Positions 46,313 to 56,149 of a stretch of 64,000 nt of DNA are shown here, piece after piece. Within the stretch, counting starts at the first letter, position 1. Each line of letters opens with the position of its first letter. The notes beneath the pieces are model-generated. The model had not been told where the DNA came from and searched no databases. It saw nothing but the letters and a program-made list of their open reading frames with translations. Source of the DNA: Chitinophagaceae bacterium. Lineage in GTDB: Bacteria > Bacteroidota > Bacteroidia > Chitinophagales > Chitinophagaceae. The stretch covers positions 1,233 to 65,232 of the forward strand of contig JBDSBR010000018.1 of NCBI GenBank assembly GCA_039921505.1, read 5' to 3'. The position numbers and the translations under genes were made by a program.

Positions 46313-47053
46313 GTGGATTTTTTTAAATTTTTTTGGGGGAAGCATTCCGGTACCGCTTTTAAGAAAGAATTGAAGAATATCCTGGGATTTAAACCCGGGA
46401 ATATCTCGCTTTATAAAACAGCACTTACTCACCGGTCTGTCCGCGAAAAGGCCGATGAGAATAACGAAAGACTCGAATACCTCGGCGATGCCGTCCTCAG
46501 TGCCATGATCGCCGATTACCTGTTCAAGCGGTATCCTTACAAAGAAGAAGGGTTTCTCACAGAAATGCGGAGCAAAATGGTGAACCGCCAGCAACTGAAC
46601 GAGATCGCCGTTCGTATGGGTCTCAAAAAGATCACCCTCTATAACAAAATGGACGGCTCGCTGAAAGTGAGCCAAATCTTCGGGAACACACTGGAAGCCC
46701 TTGTCGGTGCCATTTACCTGGACCATGGTTATAAAAAAGCCGCTAAATGGGTATTCGAAACCATTATTCAACCGCATATGTTCATGGACGACCTCGAGAT
46801 CCTTGAGATTAACCATAAGAACAAACTCTATGGCTGGGCAAATAAGAATGGCAAAGTGCTGGAATTTGAAACACTCAACGAGAAACTGGAGAACGGTCGC
46901 AGGTTATTTACTGTAGCGGCAGTTGTTGATGGAAAGAATATTGCGGAAGGAAAAGCCTTTAATAAAAAAGACGCTTCTCAAATAGCTGCCCAGGTCGCCG
47001 TGTTGAAATTGGGGATCGTTAATGCAGATTCGATTGCGGAAGAACAGGGTTAA
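46313..47053 (+). CDS. rnc: Ribonuclease III
   Basis: NERLEYLGDAVL, LEALVGAIYLDHG, dsRBD. Start uncertain; GTG 46313 chosen. Confidence 0.93.
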   Translation: MDFFKFFWGKHSGTAFKKELKNILGFKPGNISLYKTALTHRSVREKADENNERLEYLGDAVLSAMIADYLFKRYPYKEEGFLTEMRSKMVNRQQLNEIAVRMGLKKITLYNKMDGSLKVSQIFGNTLEALVGAIYLDHGYKKAAKWVFETIIQPHMFMDDLEILEINHKNKLYGWANKNGKVLEFETLNEKLENGRRLFTVAAVVDGKNIAEGKAFNKKDASQIAAQVAVLKLGIVNADSIAEEQG

Positions 47054-47056
47054 CAA

Positions 47057-47120
47057 GTATATAAAGTATCTAAGGTTTAAAAGCCAGCATCCAGCATCCA
47101 GAATCTAGAATCCAGCATCA
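47057..47120. repeat. Fused nonamer (AAGTATATA) and heptamer (ATCCAGC/A) tracts at rnc/mce convergence
   Basis: Same units as at 39281 and 14215; overlaps the mce stop region. Confidence 0.7.
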
Positions 47121-47521
47121 TTCCTCCTCTCCATACATAATTCAATAAGAACTCCGTTGGTATGTTTCGGGTGAAGAAAACAAACCAGTTTATTATCGGC
47201 CCCGGCTTTAGGAGTTTCGCTCAGCAGGACAAACCCCTCTTTTTTCAGTCTTTCCATTTCGGCTTCAATATCTGCCACGTCGAAAGCGATATGGTGCAGC
47301 CCTTCGCCTTTTTTCTCGATAAAGCGGGCGATCACACCATCGGGATCAATGCTTTCCAGGAGCTCGATTTTGGTTGCCCCCTGTTTAAAGAAAGCCGTGT
47401 TCACCTTCTCTGTTTCAACCCGTTCGGTCTTGTAACAGGTGCTGTTCAGCAGTTTTTCGAATAAAGGGATGGAATCAGCCAGTTTCTTAACTGCGATCCC
47501 GATATGCTCGACTTTTTGCAT
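47105..47521 (-). CDS. mce: Methylmalonyl-CoA epimerase
   Basis: HIGIAV, KIELLE, GEGLHHIAF, FLHPKHTNGVLIELC. Confidence 0.93.
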   Translation of the reverse strand: MQKVEHIGIAVKKLADSIPLFEKLLNSTCYKTERVETEKVNTAFFKQGATKIELLESIDPDGVIARFIEKKGEGLHHIAFDVADIEAEMERLKKEGFVLLSETPKAGADNKLVCFLHPKHTNGVLIELCMERRNDAGF

Positions 47522-47610
47522 AAAAAGAAGCTTGAGTTGTAAGGGGTTGCGATTTCGGTAAAATCGCCCGTCCACCCGAAATTACCCCTTTCAGTTAGAA
47601 CCTTTTAGAG

Positions 47611-47618
47611 TAATTTTG
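47611..47618 (+). promoter_or_regulatory. -7 promoter box (iscS operon)
   Basis: TAATTTTG, about 127 nt before the ATG. Confidence 0.5.
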
Positions 47619-47745
47619 TGTTTAGAAATAGATTAGAAAATTTAAGAACTCTCCAAAGGTTCCCGTTAGGAAATCTTTCTCCTATGCGAGCCTTTGGAGG
47701 GTTTTAAAACCCTCGGAGGGTTACAAAAAACCCCGATTAGATTTT

Positions 47746-48963
47746 ATGCTCAAATTTCCCATTTACCTGGACCATAACGCCACGACACCCTGTGACCCAA
47801 GGGTCGTGGAAGCGATGATACCTTACTTTACAAATAATTTCGGTAACGCGGCCAGCCGTAATCACCCTTTTGGCTGGCAGGCAGAAGAAGCAGTTGACCT
47901 GGCCCGTGAACAGGTGGCCAAACTAATCGGCGCCGAGCCTAAAGAAATCATCTTTACATCGGGTGCTACTGAAGCTGATAATCTCGCTATCAAGGGAGTG
48001 TTTGAAATGTATGCCAGCAAGGGCAATCATATCATCACCTGCAATATCGAACACAAAGCTGTACTCGATACCTGCAAGCATATTGAAAAAGAAGGCGGAG
48101 AAGTTACTTACCTCAAAGTAAAAGACAATGGGCTGATCGACCTGGGAGAACTGGAAGCTGCTATCAAACCCACTACGATCCTTATCGCAATCATGTATGC
48201 CAATAACGAAATTGGTACGATCAACCCGATGAAAGAGATCGCTGCGATCGCCAAAAAGAAAGGTGTCCTGGTGTTCAGCGATGCTACCCAGGCAGTAGGC
48301 AAGATACCTGTAGATGTCAATAAAGACGGCATTGACCTGATGGCATTTACCGCACATAAAATGTATGGACCCAAAGGGGTTGGCGCATTGTATGTACGTC
48401 GGAAAAATCCAAGAGTAAAAGTAACTGCCCAGATGGATGGTGGCGGTCATGAGCGCGGCATGAGAAGTGGTACGCTGAATGTACCCGGTATCGTTGGGTT
48501 TGGAAAAGCCTGCGAAATCTGCGTGAATGAAATGGAAGAAGAGACTAAACGGGTAAGTAAACTCAGGGATAAACTGCAAACCGAATTACTAAAAGTAGAA
48601 GAGACTTACCTGAATGGTGATAAAGAACATAAATTACCACATGTAACGAATATCTCTTTCAAATACGTGGAAGGAGAAGGGTTGCTGATGGGTTTTAATA
48701 AGAATATTGCTCTTTCTTCAGGATCGGCCTGTACATCGGCATCCCTGGAGCCATCTTATGTGTTAAAGGCGTTGGGCCTGGGAGATGACCTGGCACACAG
48801 TTCGCTTCGGTTTGGCCTGGGAAGGTTCACGACCGAAGACCAGATCGATTATACGGTAGAGCAGGTGTCAAACACCGTTAATAAATTAAGAGAGATGAGC
48901 CCTCTCTGGGAAATGTATAAAGAAGGAATTGATATGAACAGTATTGAATGGGCGCACCACTAA
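47746..48963 (+). CDS. iscS: Cysteine desulfurase IscS
   Basis: [32 protein letters not shown]. Confidence 0.97.
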   Translation: MLKFPIYLDHNATTPCDPRVVEAMIPYFTNNFGNAASRNHPFGWQAEEAVDLAREQVAKLIGAEPKEIIFTSGATEADNLAIKGVFEMYASKGNHIITCNIEHKAVLDTCKHIEKEGGEVTYLKVKDNGLIDLGELEAAIKPTTILIAIMYANNEIGTINPMKEIAAIAKKKGVLVFSDATQAVGKIPVDVNKDGIDLMAFTAHKMYGPKGVGALYVRRKNPRVKVTAQMDGGGHERGMRSGTLNVPGIVGFGKACEICVNEMEEETKRVSKLRDKLQTELLKVEETYLNGDKEHKLPHVTNISFKYVEGEGLLMGFNKNIALSSGSACTSASLEPSYVLKALGLGDDLAHSSLRFGLGRFTTEDQIDYTVEQVSNTVNKLREMSPLWEMYKEGIDMNSIEWAHH

Positions 48964-49053
48964 GATGTGCGATGTGTGAAGTACGATGTACGAAGTTGCT
49001 TCACACAGGAGAATGTTTCTTACTTCGTACATCAAACATCTTAAATCGTACAT
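48964..49053. repeat. Heptamer inverted repeat between iscS and iscU
   Basis: GATGTGC GATGTGT GAAGTAC GATGTAC vs TACTTC GTACATC AAACATC TTAAATC GTACATA. Confidence 0.8.
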
Positions 49054-49056
49054 ATC

Positions 49057-49476
49057 ATGTCATACAGCGAAAAAGTGATCGACCATTACCAGAACCCCAA
49101 GAACGTGGGAACACTGGATAAAAGCAAGACAAATGTCGGAACCGGTCTCGTGGGCGCACCTGAGTGTGGTGACGTAATGCGTCTCCAGATCGAAGTGGAT
49201 GAGGCAACGGGCCTTATAACGGATGCCAAGTTCAAGACCTTTGGCTGTGGCTCTGCTATCGCTTCTTCTTCCCTGGCTACAGAGTGGCTGAAAGGAAAAT
49301 CAGTCGATGAAGCGATGGCCATTGATAATATGACCATCGTGGAAGAACTCCATCTTCCCCCTGTAAAAATTCACTGCTCTGTACTGGCAGAAGATGCGAT
49401 CAAAGCAGCTGTCAATGATTACCGGGTAAAGAATGGGCTGCCGGCACTGAAGTTTGACGAAACGGTTGTTCATTAA
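49057..49476 (+). CDS. iscU: Fe-S cluster scaffold IscU
   Basis: GAPECGDVM, FKTFGCGSAIASSS, LPPVKIHCSVLAEDA. Confidence 0.97.
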   Translation: MSYSEKVIDHYQNPKNVGTLDKSKTNVGTGLVGAPECGDVMRLQIEVDEATGLITDAKFKTFGCGSAIASSSLATEWLKGKSVDEAMAIDNMTIVEELHLPPVKIHCSVLAEDAIKAAVNDYRVKNGLPALKFDETVVH

Positions 49477-49483
49477 GAAGGGA

Positions 49484-49586
49484 CCTCCCCAACCCCTCCA
49501 AAGGAGGGGCTTATTCAAATCATAAAATAATGAACGATTCAAATAATCAAGTTTCCTCAATCCCCCCTTCGGGGGGTGGGGGGGCT
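49484..49586. repeat. GC-rich palindromic element (both arms) overlapping the iscA start
   Basis: CCTCCCCAACCCCTCCAAAGGAGGGGCTT ... TCCCCCCTTCGGGGGGTGGGGGGGCT. Confidence 0.85.
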
Positions 49587-49928
49587 TTAGCAAACGCGAT
49601 TTATATAAGTGACAAGGCCAAGGTGAAGATTCACCAGTTGATGAAAGATGCCGGGGTGGAAGAGGATGCCTCTTATTTTGTCCGGGTAGGTGTAGTAGGT
49701 GGTGGTTGCTCTGGTTTAAGCTATAAGCTGGACTTTGATAACGAGACCAAACCAATGGACCAGGTGTTTGAGGACAATGGCATAAAAGTAGTGACTGACC
49801 TGAAGAGTTTCCTCTACCTCGTGAATACGACCCTTGACTTTTCCGATGGGTTGAACGGAAAAGGATTTTATTTCAGCAATCCTAATGCGAGCCGGACCTG
49901 TGGTTGCGGTGAGAGTTTTGCAGTGTAG
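49530..49928 (+). CDS. iscA: HesB/IscA Fe-S assembly accessory protein
   Basis: GGCSGLSY, F.NPNASRTCGCGESF. Confidence 0.93.
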   Translation: MNDSNNQVSSIPPSGGGGALANAIYISDKAKVKIHQLMKDAGVEEDASYFVRVGVVGGGCSGLSYKLDFDNETKPMDQVFEDNGIKVVTDLKSFLYLVNTTLDFSDGLNGKGFYFSNPNASRTCGCGESFAV

Positions 49929-49934
49929 AGAGGC

Positions 49935-50072
49935 AAGTGGGTCTGGCGAGTAGCTAGTAGGGTTGGGACAGATTAAGAATAAAATCATAACTACTTATTT
50001 GAGCAGGCCGCAAGGCCTTTTTTTATTTGCTGATTTTCCTTCCCACTAGTCACTAGCCAAACCCCATTCCCC
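49935..50072. repeat. Heptamer inverted repeat enclosing a terminator
   Basis: TGGCGAGTAGCTAGTAGGG vs TCCCACTAGTCACTAGCCA. Confidence 0.7.
50005..50024 (+). terminator. Terminator after iscA
   Basis: AGGCC-GCAA-GGCCT followed by a T-run. Confidence 0.7.
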
Positions 50073-50106
50073 TTGTTATCTACCAGCTTTGCTTTATTTT
50101 GCATTG

Positions 50107-50826
50107 ATGTTTTCTGTCTGTAAAAAAGAGCTTCGTCAATTCTTCAGCAGCCTCACCGGCTATATAGCAATCATTGTTTTCCTCCTGGTGAACGGGCTGG
50201 TATTATTTGTCTTCGAGGATAACATCCTTGATTTTGGCTATGCTACCCTGGACCGCTTCTTTCAACTGGCTCCCTGGATATTATTGCTGCTGATCCCTGC
50301 CATTACGATGAGAAGTTTTGCCGAGGAATTCAAGACCGGTACTTACGAAATATTACAAACCCGCCCGCTTACCCGCGGCCAGATCATCGGGGGTAAATAT
50401 CTTGGGAGTTTACTCGTGGTTTTCATAGCCTTAGTACCAACCATCATTTACATCTTTTCCATCCAGCGACTTTCTTCCAACGAAGGACTGGATATGGGTG
50501 CTACTACCGGGTCCTATATTGGCTTATTTTTTCTCGCTGCTGTATTTACATCCATCAGTATCTGTTGCAGCAGCTTTACCAATAATGCCGTTATTGCTTT
50601 TATTGCCAGCCTGATCGGTTGCGCCCTGTTATATTATGGATTTAGTGCGCTCAGCCGTATACCGGCGCTGGCGAATGGACTGGATTATTATACGGAGATG
50701 CTGGGGATCGATTTTCATTACCGCAGTATCAGCCGCGGGCTGATTGATACCCGTGACCTGGTTTATTTTCTCAGTATGATATTCCTGTTCTATGCGATCA
50801 CCAACCGTAATCTTTTAAGACGATAA
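50107..50826 (+). CDS. gldF: Gliding-motility ABC transporter permease GldF
   Basis: KKELRQFFSSLTGY, PAITMRSFAEEFKTGT, SISRGLIDTRDLVYF. Confidence 0.9.
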   Translation: MFSVCKKELRQFFSSLTGYIAIIVFLLVNGLVLFVFEDNILDFGYATLDRFFQLAPWILLLLIPAITMRSFAEEFKTGTYEILQTRPLTRGQIIGGKYLGSLLVVFIALVPTIIYIFSIQRLSSNEGLDMGATTGSYIGLFFLAAVFTSISICCSSFTNNAVIAFIASLIGCALLYYGFSALSRIPALANGLDYYTEMLGIDFHYRSISRGLIDTRDLVYFLSMIFLFYAITNRNLLRR

Positions 50827-52562
50827 TGAAAAAGGGAGTTTCAAAAATAGGAGCTTCAGGATACTGGTGGTTGTTGCTGCTGGTAGTTTTATTTGCTGTC
50901 AACTGGCTGGCTTCCGTTTTTCATGCACGTATCGATCTTACCAGGGAAAAAAGATATACGCTGAGTAAAGCCACCAAAGACCTGCTAAAAGGGCTTGATG
51001 ATGACGTGCAGATTGATGTTTTCCTGAAAGGGCAGTTCCCGGCCGGTTTCAAAAAACTGGCCGGAAGTACGGATGATTTCCTGCAATTGCTGAAGGACAA
51101 GAATGGTTCAAAAATTCATTACCGTTTTATTTCACCCCAGGATGAGATAGCTGGTGAAAACGGCAAGACCTGGGAAGATACCTTGCAGGGACTCGGTGCC
51201 GAAGCCATCAATCTTTCGGTGCAGGTGAAAGCTGGGGAGGAAACGAAAAGAGTTTATCCTGTTGCTTTAATAAAATATAAGGATAAACAAGCCCTGGTCA
51301 ACCTCTATTCAGGAGGAAAAAGAATGATCACGCCGGTGGAGATGAACAGCGCGGAAGCATTAATGGAATACCAGTTTGCTAAAACCCTGAACGGACTGGT
51401 AAATACAGAGAAACCACATATTGCTTATGCCACCGGTAACGGTGAGCCGGTGGATGGCCGCACATACGGGATACAGGAAACCTTAAAGAATGATTATAAA
51501 CTCGGCCTGCTGGACCTGAACCAGGTAAGTAAAATATCAACAGACAAAGATGACCCGCGCCGTATTGATGTCTTACTGGTTGTCAAGCCCGCTATTCAAT
51601 TTACCGAAGAAGAGAAGTTAAAACTGGACCAGTTTGTCATGCGCGGAGGAAAGCTCCTGCTTTTTATTGATAACCTGATCGCTGAACAGGATAGTTTGCG
51701 TTATACCCCGGAAACGATCGCTTATGACAGGAACCTGAACCTGACAGATATGCTATTCAGGTATGGCGCCCGCATCAATACAGACCTGGTGATGGACCTG
51801 CAATGTGATTTTATTCCCCTTGCCGTTAATGGCAGCGGGGATAACCCCCAATTTGAATTTGTGCATTGGAATTATTACCCGCTGTTCGGGTCAGCCGGTA
51901 ATCATACTATTAATAAGAACACCGGCCTGGTAGCAGGACGGTTTGTGAATTCACTCGATACAATTACTGCAGCGGGAATCAAAAAAACGGTCCTGTTAGC
52001 TTCTTCTCCTAATTCAAGAACGATCAGTACACCGGCGCTGATTAGTTTGAACGAAAATAAAAATGTGCCCGAGGATATAAAATTTACAAAAAAGGATATT
52101 CCCGTTGCCGTTTTACTGGAGGGGAGGTTCACCTCTCTTTACCGGAATAAAGCTTCCCGCTCCCAAATAGACAGTCTTGCCGCCACCGGTTCCGCATTCC
52201 AGGAAATAAGCAATACAGAGAATAAGATGATCGTGGTCGGTGATGGCGATATGGTATTGAACGATCTTTCTCCGAAGGATGGTCCCCTGCCAATGGGATT
52301 AAATTTTTATACAGTGGGTACACAATACGAGTACCAGTTTGCGAACAAAGATTTTTTATTGAATTGCCTGGAGTATCTTATCAATAAACCGGGTATTATC
52401 GAAACGAGGAATAAGGATATCGTTTTGCGGCTGCTCGATCCGCAAAAAGTAAAGGATCAAAAAACCACCTGGCAGTTCATCAATATTGCTCTCCCTATTC
52501 TGCTCGTGTTAGTTTTCGGCTGGATCTACCAGCAGACCCGGAAAAGAAAGTATGCCGCGTAA
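50826..52562 (+). CDS. gldG: Gliding-motility ABC substrate-binding protein GldG
   Basis: RIDLTREKRYTLS, LDQFVMRGGK, HWNYYP, WQFINIALP. Confidence 0.9.
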   Translation: MKKGVSKIGASGYWWLLLLVVLFAVNWLASVFHARIDLTREKRYTLSKATKDLLKGLDDDVQIDVFLKGQFPAGFKKLAGSTDDFLQLLKDKNGSKIHYRFISPQDEIAGENGKTWEDTLQGLGAEAINLSVQVKAGEETKRVYPVALIKYKDKQALVNLYSGGKRMITPVEMNSAEALMEYQFAKTLNGLVNTEKPHIAYATGNGEPVDGRTYGIQETLKNDYKLGLLDLNQVSKISTDKDDPRRIDVLLVVKPAIQFTEEEKLKLDQFVMRGGKLLLFIDNLIAEQDSLRYTPETIAYDRNLNLTDMLFRYGARINTDLVMDLQCDFIPLAVNGSGDNPQFEFVHWNYYPLFGSAGNHTINKNTGLVAGRFVNSLDTITAAGIKKTVLLASSPNSRTISTPALISLNENKNVPEDIKFTKKDIPVAVLLEGRFTSLYRNKASRSQIDSLAATGSAFQEISNTENKMIVVGDGDMVLNDLSPKDGPLPMGLNFYTVGTQYEYQFANKDFLLNCLEYLINKPGIIETRNKDIVLRLLDPQKVKDQKTTWQFINIALPILLVLVFGWIYQQTRKRKYAA

Positions 52563-52564
52563 CG

Positions 52565-52572
52565 TATCTTTG
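52565..52572 (+). promoter_or_regulatory. -7 promoter box (terC)
   Basis: TATCTTTG. Confidence 0.5.
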
Positions 52573-52591
52573 CATATTATAACAGAAAGGA

Positions 52592-53584
52592 ATGACGACT
52601 GACCAGATCACCTACCTTGTTTTCGGGGTTGTTTTAATAGTGGCGCTAATTTTTGACCTGGGTTTGTTGAGTAAAAAAGGAAAAAAGGTTACGATCAAAC
52701 AGGCATTATTCCAGACTTTTTTCTGGGTAGCGCTGGCCCTTGCATTTTGTATTTTCATGTGGGTGCAGAACGGGCAAAAACCCGCGCTGGAATACCTCAG
52801 TGCTTACCTGATGGAGTGGAGCCTGAGTATCGATAATATCTTTGTTTTTATCCTTATTTTTTCTGCCTTTTCCGTCAAGGAAAAAAATTATGGCCGGGTA
52901 CTCCTTGCAGGTATTTTAATGGCTATCCTTTTCAGGATTATTTTTATTACGGTAGGGGTGGCATTAGTCGAAAAATTCTATTGGATACTGTACATCTTTG
53001 GAGCCTTCCTTATTTATACCGGGTATAAGATGTTTACTTCAGATGAGGATGAACATTTCAAACCTGAAGAAAGTAAAATCTATAAATGGGTGAAAAGATT
53101 CCTGCCCCTGGTGCCGCACGATGGTGAGGGGAAATATACCGTGCGGGTGGAAGGGAAAAAATTCTATACCAGCCTTTTCGTCGTCGTGATCATGCTGGCG
53201 GGTATTGACCTGGTCTTCGCCCTTGATTCGATCCCTGCTGTTATGGGTATCGTGGATACAAAAACAGAAGGTTACCAGGAAACCGCGAGGCTGGTTATTT
53301 ATACGTCTAATATCTTTGCTGTCCTCGGACTTCGCTCCCTGTTCTTCCTCCTGCGAGGAGCAGTCAGCAAGTTTGATTACCTGCAGCAGGGAATTGCCAT
53401 TGTACTCATCTTTATTGGCATTAAGATGCTGGGTGAACATTGGATCAATCAATGGATCGACAAACAAACACAGGTTTTCATTTCATTAGGTGTTATACTT
53501 ACCTGTATATCGGGCTCCATTTTCTATTCTATTTTTATGAAGAAAAAAGGCGGACCTGAAGATGTAACGGATGAAAGCCAGTAA
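52592..53584 (+). CDS. TerC/Alx family metal homeostasis membrane protein
   Basis: EWSLSIDNIFVF, DLVFALDSIPA, YTSNIFAVLGLRSLFF. Confidence 0.92.
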   Translation: MTTDQITYLVFGVVLIVALIFDLGLLSKKGKKVTIKQALFQTFFWVALALAFCIFMWVQNGQKPALEYLSAYLMEWSLSIDNIFVFILIFSAFSVKEKNYGRVLLAGILMAILFRIIFITVGVALVEKFYWILYIFGAFLIYTGYKMFTSDEDEHFKPEESKIYKWVKRFLPLVPHDGEGKYTVRVEGKKFYTSLFVVVIMLAGIDLVFALDSIPAVMGIVDTKTEGYQETARLVIYTSNIFAVLGLRSLFFLLRGAVSKFDYLQQGIAIVLIFIGIKMLGEHWINQWIDKQTQVFISLGVILTCISGSIFYSIFMKKKGGPEDVTDESQ

Positions 53585-53599
53585 TACACAGTAACACAC

Positions 53600-55999
53600 T
53601 TGAATTATAAGATAAGTCATATTGCCCGTATAATCCAGGCCGAAGCCCCGATCAATGATGATACGGTGATCGAACACCTTTTGCTCGACAGCCGGAAAGT
53701 CTACGCACCGGCATCCAGTTTATTCTTTGCCCTGAAAGGAGACAGGCGTGACGGGCACCTGTTCATCGCAGATCTTTATAAAAAAGGAGTGAGGAATTTT
53801 GTTGTGAGTGAGAAGATTGACACGATGGCTTACCCGGGTGCCAATTTTTTACTGACCAGGGATACATTAAAGGCCCTGCAGCAACTGGCCGGCTGGCACC
53901 GGCAGCATTTCTCAGTTCCTGTTATAGGGATTACCGGGAGTAACGGCAAGACGATCGTAAAGGAATGGCTTTACCAGTTGTTACACAATGACTACAACAT
54001 CGTCCGAAGTCCCAAAAGCTATAATTCACAGATCGGGGTTCCATTAAGTGTCTGGCAAATGAATGAGCAACATACCCTCGCCATTTTCGAAGCAGGTATT
54101 TCACAGCCCGGGGAAATGGACAAACTGGAAAAGATCATCCGGCCCACCATCGGGATACTGACCAATATCGGCGAAGCGCATAGCGATGGATTTTCTACGG
54201 CTGCGCAGAAAGAAGCTGAAAAAAGATTATTATTCCGTGAAGCAGAACAACCCCCGGTTCTTGAACTGACAGGGATAAAAAAGCAACCAGGCAGCACTTT
54301 TATTTCAGCGAAAAACAAAAAGGATCCTGCTCATGATATTTCGATCGGGATACCTTTCACGGACGATGCTTCCATTCAGAATGCGGTGAGTTGCTGGCAA
54401 CTGATGCTGATGCTGGGTTACGATAATGCCGTTATTGCCGGGAGGATGAAATTGCTGACACCCGTGAATATGCGCCTGGAATTAAAAAAAGGTATTAATC
54501 ATTGCTCTATCATTAATGATAGTTATAGCGCAGATCTCAGTTCGCTGGAAATAGCCCTGAATTTTCTTGACCAGCAAAGTGGGGGAACCAATAAGACGGT
54601 CATCCTCTCGGATTTCCAGCAAAGCGGGTTACCGGCAGGGACTTTGTATCAGCAGATATTGAACAGCCTTAAGAAATACCGGGTCAACCGGGTGATTGCG
54701 ATCGGTACGGATATCTCCGGTCAGTTGCGGCAACTGCTAAATAAACCCGGGGAAGAGTTGCAGCCCGAGTTTTATACGGGTACGGAAGATTTTATCCGGG
54801 CGTTTCGTTCTACCATGTTCCGGGAGGAAACCATTTTGGTAAAGGGAGCCAGGACTTTTGCTTTTGAACAGATCGTCCAGTTGCTCGAACAAAAAGTTCA
54901 CCAGACAGTACTGGAAATAAACCTGAATGCGATTGTCCATAATCTGAAAGAATATCAGAAAATAGTACAGCCGTCCACGAAAGTGATGGCTATGGTAAAA
55001 GCTTTTGCTTATGGAAGCGGGGGTGCAGAGATCGCAGGCATCCTTCAATATCATAAAGTGGACTACCTTGGAGTGGCTTATGCAGATGAAGGAGTGGAGC
55101 TCAGGAAAGCGGGCATCAGTTTACCTGTTATGGTGATGAATCCCGAAGAAAGTGCTTTTGAAGCGATCACCTATCATAACCTTGAGCCTGAATTATATTC
55201 TTTTGAAATGCTTCATGCATTTGATAAATTCTTACAACAGGAGGGGTTGCAGCAATATCCTGTTCATATCGAAATCGAAACGGGTATGAACAGGCTGGGT
55301 TTCTCCGTGGAGGAAATGGAAAAGCTATTGTCTGTACTGCAGTCAACAGTTTCATTTAAAGTACAATCCGTTTTCTCTCATTTAGCTGCCAGCGAAGAAA
55401 AAGTAGAGGACTCATTTACACAGGAACAGTTCCACTTGTTTGAGAAAGCTTCCCGGGAACTGCAGACCGGGTTAGGTTATGATTTCATCCGTCATATTGC
55501 CAATTCAGCCGGGGTTGTGCGGCATCCTCAATTGCAAATGGATATGGTACGATTGGGGATCGGACTTTATGGTGTTGACAGTGCAAACTCAGGCAAATTA
55601 AACCTCCAAACGGTAGCAACACTTAAATCTACGATTGCCCAGTTAAAACAGGTTAAGAAAGGAGAATCGGTTAGCTATAACCGAAAAACCAGGGTACAAA
55701 AAGATTCGCTCATTGCCACCATTCGTATGGGCTATGCAGATGGCTACCCCAGGCGATTGGGAAATGGCAATGGTAGTATCTGGCTTAACGGCCAGCTGGT
55801 ACCCCTGGTCGGAACTGTTTGTATGGATATGTTCATGGTAGATGTTACCGGCATACCCGGTGTAAAAGAAGGAGATGATGTGATCATTTTTGGAGCGCCA
55901 TTACCTGTTCAACAACTGGCCCGGTGGGCGGATACAATTCCCTATGAAATCATGACAGGAATTTCACAAAGGGTAAAAAGAGTATATTTTGAAGAATGA
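53600..55999 (+). CDS. alr: Bifunctional MurF-like ligase / alanine racemase
   Basis: GITGSNGKT, INDSYSAD, MVKAFAYG, SHLAASE, RMGYADG, GTVCMD, TIPYEIMT. Confidence 0.93.
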   Translation: MNYKISHIARIIQAEAPINDDTVIEHLLLDSRKVYAPASSLFFALKGDRRDGHLFIADLYKKGVRNFVVSEKIDTMAYPGANFLLTRDTLKALQQLAGWHRQHFSVPVIGITGSNGKTIVKEWLYQLLHNDYNIVRSPKSYNSQIGVPLSVWQMNEQHTLAIFEAGISQPGEMDKLEKIIRPTIGILTNIGEAHSDGFSTAAQKEAEKRLLFREAEQPPVLELTGIKKQPGSTFISAKNKKDPAHDISIGIPFTDDASIQNAVSCWQLMLMLGYDNAVIAGRMKLLTPVNMRLELKKGINHCSIINDSYSADLSSLEIALNFLDQQSGGTNKTVILSDFQQSGLPAGTLYQQILNSLKKYRVNRVIAIGTDISGQLRQLLNKPGEELQPEFYTGTEDFIRAFRSTMFREETILVKGARTFAFEQIVQLLEQKVHQTVLEINLNAIVHNLKEYQKIVQPSTKVMAMVKAFAYGSGGAEIAGILQYHKVDYLGVAYADEGVELRKAGISLPVMVMNPEESAFEAITYHNLEPELYSFEMLHAFDKFLQQEGLQQYPVHIEIETGMNRLGFSVEEMEKLLSVLQSTVSFKVQSVFSHLAASEEKVEDSFTQEQFHLFEKASRELQTGLGYDFIRHIANSAGVVRHPQLQMDMVRLGIGLYGVDSANSGKLNLQTVATLKSTIAQLKQVKKGESVSYNRKTRVQKDSLIATIRMGYADGYPRRLGNGNGSIWLNGQLVPLVGTVCMDMFMVDVTGIPGVKEGDDVIIFGAPLPVQQLARWADTIPYEIMTGISQRVKRVYFEE

Positions 56000-56132
56000 A
56001 ATGGCTGCAGTTGGTTCCAGGCTGCAGGCAGCTGCAGGATACTGCCTTACGGGTTAAACTTAACCTGTAGTTAAATTTTATATTTTAGGGATGGGCTAAC
56101 AGGCAGCAGCCAATGGCTAGTAGCTTTCTTCT

Positions 56133-56140
56133 TATATTTG
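56133..56140 (+). promoter_or_regulatory. -7 promoter box (lspA)
   Basis: TATATTTG, 9 nt before ATG 56150. Confidence 0.55.
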
Positions 56141-56149
56141 TCGTTCATT

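Noticed and set aside
56005-56130. GCTGCAG-rich stretch between alr and lspA as another heptamer element
   Set aside because: Period and mirror symmetry too weak to call.
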